A DNA stretch of 13,685 nt, from contig CAYZSS010000019.1 of assembly GCA_964480435.1 (NCBI GenBank), positions 1,228 through 14,912 on the forward strand, read 5' to 3'. The position numbers and the translations under genes were made by a program. Below, one piece after another: positions 7,119 through 12,541 of the stretch (position 1 is the first letter of the stretch; each line of letters starts with the position of its first letter). This DNA is from an uncultured archaeon (GTDB lineage Archaea > Iainarchaeota > Iainarchaeia > Iainarchaeales > 0-14-0-20-30-16). The notes under the pieces are model-generated. The model worked only from the letters and a program-made list of their open reading frames with translations. It did no database searches and was not told the origin of the DNA.

Positions 7119-8515
7119 GTCTAATGGATTCTGTTTTTAGGTTTATACCTGAAATTGCTCCAGCAAAAGAAAAGCCTTCACTTACAACTAGGCTTAAATG
7201 GACTCTTCTGGTTTTGGTTGTATTCTTTGTACTTGGTATGATACCAATATATGGACTAAGCTCCACTGCAAAAATAGGATTAGAACAGATACAATATCTT
7301 TTAGCAAGTAAAATTGGAACAATAATTAGTGTTGGAATTGGTCCAATTGTAGTAGCATCAATTATATTACAGTTATTAGTTGGAAGTAAAATAATTAATA
7401 TGGATTTTAGCGATCCAGCTCAAAGAGCAAGATTTAGTAGTTGGCAAAAATTGTTAGCAATTATTTTGTCTTTCTTTGAAGCATTTATTTATGTAAAAAT
7501 GGGGTTATTAGCTCCAGATGCAGGAATGTTTATTTGGGTTTTATTGCAGGTCGCAATAGGTTCGATAATATTATTATATTTAGATGAATTAATCAAAAAT
7601 TATGGGTTTGGATCGGGGATATCCCTATTCATTGCGGCAGGAGTTGCAGAATCAATTCTGATTAGGGTGTTTAACCCTTTTACGCAGGGTGCTGGTTTAA
7701 CAATTGGACATGCGGCAATAAATTTTGCATCTGCTGATGGATTATTATGGTCATTTTTCCATAATATTAGTTCAAATGGATTTTTATGGAGTTTTATAAA
7801 TAATCTGCTGCCGATTATATTTGCATTAATAATATTTGGAATAGTTGTTTACTTTGAAGGTGTTCATGTAAACATACCATTGTCGGTGGGGCAAAGAGGA
7901 ACTATGGGAAAATACCCAGTTAAGTTCTTTTATGTAAGCAATATGCCTGTAATTTTGGCAGCTGCATTATTTGCAAATATACACTTGCTTTCACAATGGA
8001 TTTCAAGTGGAAAAACAGGTTTTTTTGCGTCAATATTTAGTGTAGTTGATAAAATTGTAAATCCAACAAGAAATATTATTATTGATGTTCTTAACCAACT
8101 AATGGGTGGAGGAGTAGAATGGGGTTATATTCTAACTAACTTAGGATTTGCCCTTTTGTATATTGCTGTATTAGTTGGATTCTGTGTGCTTTTTGGGATT
8201 TTGTGGGTTCAGATGGCTGGACAAGATTCAGGTTCTTTGGCAGAACAGTTGCAAAAAAGTGGAATGTACTTGCCGGGATTTAGAAGAGACCCAAGAGTAG
8301 TAAAAGGGGTATTGGATAGATATATTCCGACAATAACGATATTGGGGTCAATATTTGTGGGGCTGTTGGCCGGATTTGCAGATATTACCGGTGCAGTAGG
8401 AACAGGAATGGGAATATTGTTAACAGTTGATATTTTGTATAGACTTTATGAAGAATTAATAAAGGAGCAAGCTCCTCAGTTATTACCTATGTTGGGTAAA
8501 GTAATTGGTAAGTGA
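7115..8515 (+). CDS. secY: Preprotein translocase subunit SecY (Sec61 alpha)
   Basis: 466 aa, a multi-spanning hydrophobic protein. The N-terminal P.V..P......L..RL.WT motif, GIGPIV.ASII.QLL and the C-terminal GILL.V.I....YE motifs are typical of archaeal SecY. ATGA overlap with L15. GGAGGA SD. Confidence 0.95.
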   Translation: MSLMDSVFRFIPEIAPAKEKPSLTTRLKWTLLVLVVFFVLGMIPIYGLSSTAKIGLEQIQYLLASKIGTIISVGIGPIVVASIILQLLVGSKIINMDFSDPAQRARFSSWQKLLAIILSFFEAFIYVKMGLLAPDAGMFIWVLLQVAIGSIILLYLDELIKNYGFGSGISLFIAAGVAESILIRVFNPFTQGAGLTIGHAAINFASADGLLWSFFHNISSNGFLWSFINNLLPIIFALIIFGIVVYFEGVHVNIPLSVGQRGTMGKYPVKFFYVSNMPVILAAALFANIHLLSQWISSGKTGFFASIFSVVDKIVNPTRNIIIDVLNQLMGGGVEWGYILTNLGFALLYIAVLVGFCVLFGILWVQMAGQDSGSLAEQLQKSGMYLPGFRRDPRVVKGVLDRYIPTITILGSIFVGLLAGFADITGAVGTGMGILLTVDILYRLYEELIKEQAPQLLPMLGKVIGK

Positions 8516-8520
8516 TAGAT

Positions 8521-8964
8521 ATGTGGCAGGTTTTTGTAGTAGGAGCATTAGGAATATTAGTTTCGGCTATAAGTTTTTTGCTTAAAAGAAAAACCGAAAG
8601 AAAATACCACATAAAAGAGAAACAAAAAGAAGTAAAAGAGAAACAAAAAGAAATGAAAGAACTTATGAAGAATGCTTCAGATCCAAAAACAAAAGAAAAA
8701 ATGGATAAAATACAAAAAGAGATAATGGATGTATCATTATCAATGATGAAAGGAAATATGAGCAATATGATATACTTGTTCATGATTGGGATTATTGTTT
8801 TAATCTTTGTTCAGGCATATTATTTATTAATGGATTTTCCTGTAGGAAAATTTTTGGGATTAAGCCCTGCGTTGGTATGGTATATTTTAGTTGCTTTAGT
8901 ATCAGGATTTTACTATAGCGGGATATTTAGTATATTAGATAAAAAGAAAATAATTGAGGGATAG
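8521..8964 (+). CDS. Small membrane protein, probable archaeal Oxa1/YidC-like insertase (DUF106 / EMC3-TMCO1 superfamily)
   Basis: 147 aa from the ATG at 8521. The track's GTG at 8512 sits in the GTGAT SD. Topology read from sequence: TM1 (WQVFVVGALGILVSAISFLL), a ~55-aa Lys/Glu-rich predicted coiled coil with Met-rich end (KEKQKEVKEKQKEMKELM...IQKEIMDVSLSMMKGNM), then two more TM segments. It occupies the conserved slot between secY/adk and rpl34e, where the DUF106 protein sits in other archaea. Confidence 0.65.
   Translation: MWQVFVVGALGILVSAISFLLKRKTERKYHIKEKQKEVKEKQKEMKELMKNASDPKTKEKMDKIQKEIMDVSLSMMKGNMSNMIYLFMIGIIVLIFVQAYYLLMDFPVGKFLGLSPALVWYILVALVSGFYYSGIFSILDKKKIIEG
8614..8655 (+). 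repeat. In-frame 21-nt tandem duplication (2 units) inside the insertase coiled-coil region
   Basis: aaagagaaacaaaaagaagta followed by aaagagaaacaaaaagaaatg. The first 18 nt are identical. They encode KEKQKEV / KEKQKEM, which is exactly one heptad each. Confidence 0.8.
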
Positions 8965-8966
8965 AA

Positions 8967-9293
8967 ATGAGACCAAGCGAAAGATTTATGAAGAAGAAAA
9001 AAGTAAGAACTCCTGGAGGAAAAACAGTAATAAGGTTCATTAGAACAGATAAAACAAAGGTGAGCTGTGGAATGTGTAAAGCAAAAATTTCTTCAGCAAG
9101 TAATAGCCCTAAATTATCAAAAACTGAAAGAAGACCAGAAATTATTTTTGGTGGTGTTTTATGCTCAAATTGTAGGTCTTTAGTATTTGAAAACGCAATT
9201 AAAGTAAAATTAGGAGTAAAAAAAGAAGATGATTTGAATCTGACAATGAAAAAGTTTGTATCCCAAGCTATAAAGAGGGTTGGTTTAAATTAG
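8967..9293 (+). CDS. rpl34e: 50S ribosomal protein L34e
   Basis: 108 aa. VRTPGGKTVIRFIR.....SCG.C...I......KLSKTERRP.IIFGG.LC..C matches the L34e signature, including the zinc-ribbon-like Cys pairs. Confidence 0.9.
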   Translation: MRPSERFMKKKKVRTPGGKTVIRFIRTDKTKVSCGMCKAKISSASNSPKLSKTERRPEIIFGGVLCSNCRSLVFENAIKVKLGVKKEDDLNLTMKKFVSQAIKRVGLN

Positions 9294-9324
9294 TATAATA
9301 TTTAGATATATATAGGTGGAGTGA

Positions 9325-9768
9325 ATGATCATTACTATTGCAAGTAATAGTTACGAGGATATAGAACCTATCTGTAAGGCAATTGCTTTGAGATATGGTT
9401 TAAGATATGAAAGCATAGAAGATAATTCAAATAAGGAAGAGGGTTTTTTTAATACCCCAAAAAATGATACCATCTATAAAGGTATGATTTCAGTATGGAA
9501 AATAAAGGATCCGGATGTGAGGATTTTCCTTAAAGCAACCGCAGAAAGCAAAGTAAGATATTTAGTTGAAACTAGAAAAGTAAGTATAGATGATGCAAAA
9601 AAAATAATTGAAAAAGATGATGGTGAATCAAAAGAATTTTTTGTGAATACTTTTGGAATAAATATAAAAGATTATGGGATTTATGATTTGGTAATAAACA
9701 CAGATAATATTAAACAAGACGGTATTATTGGAGTTATAGAAAAATACTTGAATAAAATGAAAAAATAA
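9325..9768 (+). CDS. Cytidylate kinase (archaeal Cmk) homologue with degenerate P-loop. Probably non-catalytic.
   Basis: 147 aa in the conserved rpl34e-cmk-rpl14e slot. The C-terminal two thirds look Cmk-like (VRIFLKA..ESKVRYL..., ...FGINIKDYGIYDLVINTD). The N-terminus MIITIASNSYEDIEPICKAIALRYGL aligns to the canonical hhITIsGxxGSGK[ST]T.A..LA..LG, but every Walker A residue is replaced. AGGTGGAGTGA SD. Confidence 0.6.
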   Translation: MIITIASNSYEDIEPICKAIALRYGLRYESIEDNSNKEEGFFNTPKNDTIYKGMISVWKIKDPDVRIFLKATAESKVRYLVETRKVSIDDAKKIIEKDDGESKEFFVNTFGINIKDYGIYDLVINTDNIKQDGIIGVIEKYLNKMKK

Positions 9769-9779
9769 GGGTGTAATTT

Positions 9780-9992
9780 ATGGTAGCAATAATAGAAGCG
9801 GGCAGAGTTTGTATAATTAAAAGAGGATTAGATTTTGGAAAACTAGTACTAATAAGTAAGGTTGATAATAAATCAAATCTTGTTGAAATTGAAGGAGTAA
9901 AGATGAAAAAAAGAAAGATAAATATACTTCATCTTTGGCCTTTAGATAAGGTAGTAAAAACAGTTGATGATTTGAACAAAGTAAAAATATAA
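9780..9992 (+). CDS. rpl14e: 50S ribosomal protein L14e (KOW)
   Basis: 70 aa. IEAGRVCIIKRG.DFGK..LI.KV.D.N.V.I.G.......RK.N..HL.P fits L14e. Follows cmk as in other archaea. Confidence 0.85.
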   Translation: MVAIIEAGRVCIIKRGLDFGKLVLISKVDNKSNLVEIEGVKMKKRKINILHLWPLDKVVKTVDDLNKVKI

Positions 9993-10007
9993 TATTTAGG
10001 TGATTAA

Positions 10008-10580
10008 ATGGCTAAAACTGACTCAAAGAATGTTAAAAAAAATAAAGGGAATAACGATAATAAAGAAAAGAAACAAGATAGAGAACCAAAAAGAGATGAT
10101 AGAAAGGACGAAAGAAAAGTAAAGCAGGCTGGTAGCGAAGGTATTGTAAGAATAGTTGATACTGATGTTTCAGCAAGTGTTCCAATATCTAGATCTCTTG
10201 GAGATATAAAGGGTATGGGTATTAGATATAATGCACTTATTGCTAGAATCTTTGAGAATAAAACAAAGGTTGAGCCAAGTACACAAATTGGTAAATTAAC
10301 TGATGAACAGATTTTAATCTTAGAGGATATTATTAAAGATCCGGTAAAGTACAAAATCCCTAAATGGTTTGTAAATAAACCTGTTGATATTTGGGATGGT
10401 AGTCAGAAACATTTATTGGGGTCAGAATTATTATTTAATGATAAAGAAGAACTAGACAGATTAGGGAAAATAAAGCACAGAAAAGCCTTAAGAAGAGTAA
10501 GAGGTCTTCCAGTAAGAGGACAAAGAACTAAATCTGGATTTAGACATAGAAGAAAAGCAGTTGGAGTTGTTAAGAGATAA
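10008..10580 (+). CDS. rps13: 30S ribosomal protein S13 with a ~44-aa charged N-terminal extension
   Basis: 190 aa. From IVRIVDTDV... onward it matches S13 (...L..IKGMG.R.A..I, ...GLPVRGQRTK...R.RK.VGV). GGTGAT lies 3 nt before the ATG. Confidence 0.92.
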   Translation: MAKTDSKNVKKNKGNNDNKEKKQDREPKRDDRKDERKVKQAGSEGIVRIVDTDVSASVPISRSLGDIKGMGIRYNALIARIFENKTKVEPSTQIGKLTDEQILILEDIIKDPVKYKIPKWFVNKPVDIWDGSQKHLLGSELLFNDKEELDRLGKIKHRKALRRVRGLPVRGQRTKSGFRHRRKAVGVVKR

Positions 10581-10598
10581 TATTTGTGGTGATAAAGT

Positions 10599-11174
10599 AT
10601 GGGAGATCCAAGAAAACTATCAAAAAAATACAGTGTTCCAAGGAAAAGATTCGATAAAGTAAGAATTCCTGAGGAAAGAGAGGTACTTAAAAATTACGGC
10701 CTATCAAATAAGAAAGAATTATGGCAGTTTAAAACTTTATTAAGAAATAAAAGAAAATCAGCCAGAGCAATTTTGGCGCTTCCTAGTGATCAATTAGATA
10801 TAGAAAAGAAAATCTTAATTGATTCTATTAAAAAATATGGTTTGTTAACTGAAGAAGCAACTATAGATAGTATATTAAGTCTAAAAGTAGAAGATTTTTT
10901 AGAAAGAAGATTAACTATGTTGGTATTCAGAAAAGGAATGGCTAACTCACTAAAACAAGCTAGACAATTTATTGTCCACGGACATATCGAAATAAACGGC
11001 AGAAAAATTAATGCTCCAAATAGTTTAATCACTTTGGAAGATGAAGCAAAAATCGGTTATTATAAAGGAAAAAAACCAAAAGTATTAGAAGTTGTACTTA
11101 AAAAACCAAGAATGCAAGCAGAGGCAGTTGCACAAGCAGTAGAAATGAGCGAAAAAGAAAAGGTGGTTGAATGA
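10599..11174 (+). CDS. rps4: 30S ribosomal protein S4
   Basis: 191 aa. MGDPRKLSKKY..PRK.F, E..L...YGL.NK.ELW and the S4 RNA-binding domain (RRL..LVFR.G.A.S...ARQFI.HGHI..NG.K...P) identify S4. Confidence 0.94.
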   Translation: MGDPRKLSKKYSVPRKRFDKVRIPEEREVLKNYGLSNKKELWQFKTLLRNKRKSARAILALPSDQLDIEKKILIDSIKKYGLLTEEATIDSILSLKVEDFLERRLTMLVFRKGMANSLKQARQFIVHGHIEINGRKINAPNSLITLEDEAKIGYYKGKKPKVLEVVLKKPRMQAEAVAQAVEMSEKEKVVE

Positions 11175-11557
11175 TTAACAAAGCAATTGTAAATGTTTTT
11201 GCATCACATAATAACATAATATTATTAGCAACAGATATTACTGGCTCAGAAACTATTGCAAGAATATCTGGTGGAATGATAACTAAGGCTCAACACAAAG
11301 AAGGTAGTCCATACACAGCAATGAAGGCTGCAGAGCAAATAGTTGATGTGCTAAGAGGAAAAGGAGTAAGTAGTATAATTATAAAAGTAAGAGCACCTGG
11401 TGGAATAAAAGCTAAGAACCCTGGACCAGGAGCAGAAGCAGCAATAACTTCTTTAACAAGAGGTGGATTACAAATATTGGAAATTGAGAATGTAACTCCA
11501 ATGCCACACGATAGTTGTAGAAGAAAAAAGAAATATAGATCTAAAGAAAAGAGATAA
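11171..11557 (+). CDS. rps11: 30S ribosomal protein S11
   Basis: 128 aa. A.VNVFAS.NN.I...TD.TG.ET.A..SGGM...A....SPY.AM.AAE and V..VTP.PHD..R.K match S11. ATGA overlap with S4. Confidence 0.94.
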   Translation: MINKAIVNVFASHNNIILLATDITGSETIARISGGMITKAQHKEGSPYTAMKAAEQIVDVLRGKGVSSIIIKVRAPGGIKAKNPGPGAEAAITSLTRGGLQILEIENVTPMPHDSCRRKKKYRSKEKR

Positions 11558-11622
11558 TTAATAATAGCATAAAGTATGGTATACCATGAAATTTAGTAGG
11601 CTATAAGATAGAAGGTATTTTT

Positions 11623-12333
11623 ATGAAGTTAGAATTAGTTTATGTGGATAAGGAAAAAGAAAAGTATTGCTTCTTGGTTAAAGGAGTAGACTATAACTTT
11701 ATGAACTTTCTAAGAAGATCAATAATGTCCGAAGTACCTACTATGGCAGTTGATGAAGTTGTTTTTTATAAAAATGATAGTATTATGCCTGATGAACAAT
11801 TGGCAAACAGAATTGGATTAGTACCTGTAAAAGGGGATATTTCAGATACATCTAAAGGATATATAAAGAAAAAAGGCGGAATAGTTTATAGCGGTGATAT
11901 CCAGTCAAATGATGTTGAAATATTATATAAAAATATTGCTTTAACAAAATTAAAAAAAGATGATGAAATAGAAGTAGAACTAAAAATGGCAAAAGGGTAT
12001 GGAAAAGATCATGTAAAATGGCAACCGGCTCTTGTTTATTATAGAGAACTTGCGGAAGTGTTGATAAAAGATAAAGTGCCAAAAGAAATAGAAAAAATGA
12101 TTGCTGATGGTGCTCTTAAGAAAGAAGGAAATAAAATGTATATTTCAGACCATGTGCAATATGATTTTTGTAAATATTGTCTTGAAGAAGCAGGAATAGA
12201 AGTAAAAATATTAGATGATAGTTTTTATTTATACTTGGAATTATTTAAAAATAAAGATTTAGAAGATATTGTAATAGATGTTGATAATTATCTAAAAGAA
12301 TATTTCAAGAAAATTTCAGCAAAGCTAAAATAA
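11623..12333 (+). CDS. rpoD: DNA-directed RNA polymerase subunit D (Rpo3, alpha-like)
   Basis: 236 aa. G.DY.F.N.LRR.I.SEVPT.AVDEV.F..N.S...DE.LA.RIGL.P is the RpoD/RPB3 dimerisation-domain signature. Conserved S11-rpoD position. Confidence 0.9.
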   Translation: MKLELVYVDKEKEKYCFLVKGVDYNFMNFLRRSIMSEVPTMAVDEVVFYKNDSIMPDEQLANRIGLVPVKGDISDTSKGYIKKKGGIVYSGDIQSNDVEILYKNIALTKLKKDDEIEVELKMAKGYGKDHVKWQPALVYYRELAEVLIKDKVPKEIEKMIADGALKKEGNKMYISDHVQYDFCKYCLEEAGIEVKILDDSFYLYLELFKNKDLEDIVIDVDNYLKEYFKKISAKLK

Positions 12334-12341
12334 TATTAAAA

Positions 12342-12361
12342 AATTGATATTATTATCAATT
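12342..12361. repeat. A/T-only inverted repeat just after the rpoD stop
   Basis: AATTGATA (12342-12349), spacer TTAT, TATCAATT (12354-12361), giving perfect 8-bp arms. The function (weak hairpin, protein site or promoter region) is unknown. Confidence 0.5.
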
Positions 12362-12365
12362 ACAA

Positions 12366-12396
12366 GGGCTGTCGAGCATTAGCGAAGACTTGGCCC
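12366..12396 (+). other. G+C-rich imperfect hairpin in the spacer upstream of tRNA-Leu. Candidate structured leader or small RNA element.
   Basis: GGGCU (12366-70) pairs with GGCCC (12392-96, one G-U). GUC (71-73) pairs with GAC (87-89). There is an asymmetric purine loop GA / GAA, then GC/GC closed by AUUA. Local G+C is far above the surrounding spacer. Confidence 0.3.
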
Positions 12397-12411
12397 AGTT
12401 TTGCCAACTTA

Positions 12412-12427
12412 GGATTTTTTAAAATCC
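12412..12427. repeat. Inverted repeat abutting the tRNA 5' end
   Basis: GGATTTT TT AAAATCC, with perfect 7-nt arms, ending 3 nt before tRNA position 1. Confidence 0.5.
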
Positions 12428-12430
12428 CAG

Positions 12431-12514
12431 GTGGGGGTACCGAAGTGGTCAAACGGGCAGGACTTAAGATCCTGTAGCTTAGTGCTTTCGTGGGTCCGAG
12501 TCCCACCTCCCACA
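12431..12514 (+). tRNA. tRNA-Leu (anticodon UAA), class II, no intron, CCA not encoded
   Basis: Hand fold: acceptor GTGGGGG/CTCCCAC (one G-U). D arm CCG/CGG with GG in the loop. Anticodon stem CAGGA/TCCTG with loop CTTAAGA (anticodon TAA). 15-nt variable region TAGCTTAGTGCTTTC. T arm GTGGG/CCCAC with loop TCCGAGT. Discriminator A at 12514, followed by CTA. Confidence 0.9.
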
Positions 12515-12517
12515 CTA

Positions 12518-12541
12518 AGCTTTCTTTTGTAAAAGAAAGCT
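12518..12541. repeat. Perfect 11-bp inverted repeat in the tRNA 3' trailer
   Basis: AGCTTTCTTTT (12518-28), spacer GT, AAAAGAAAGCT (12531-41). Confidence 0.7.
12521..12530 (+). terminator. Oligo-T tract, candidate archaeal terminator for the tRNA transcript
   Basis: TTTCTTTTGT begins 7 nt after the tRNA discriminator. Archaeal RNA polymerase commonly terminates at T-runs. It is embedded in the 5' arm of the trailer hairpin. Confidence 0.35.

Noticed and set aside
12415-12424. TTTTTTAAAA as the TATA box of the tRNA-Leu promoter.
   Set aside because: It lies only 7-16 nt upstream of tRNA position 1. With the usual archaeal TATA-to-start spacing of about 25 nt, initiation would fall inside the mature tRNA. 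It is better explained as the loop or arms of the GGATTTT/AAAATCC inverted repeat.
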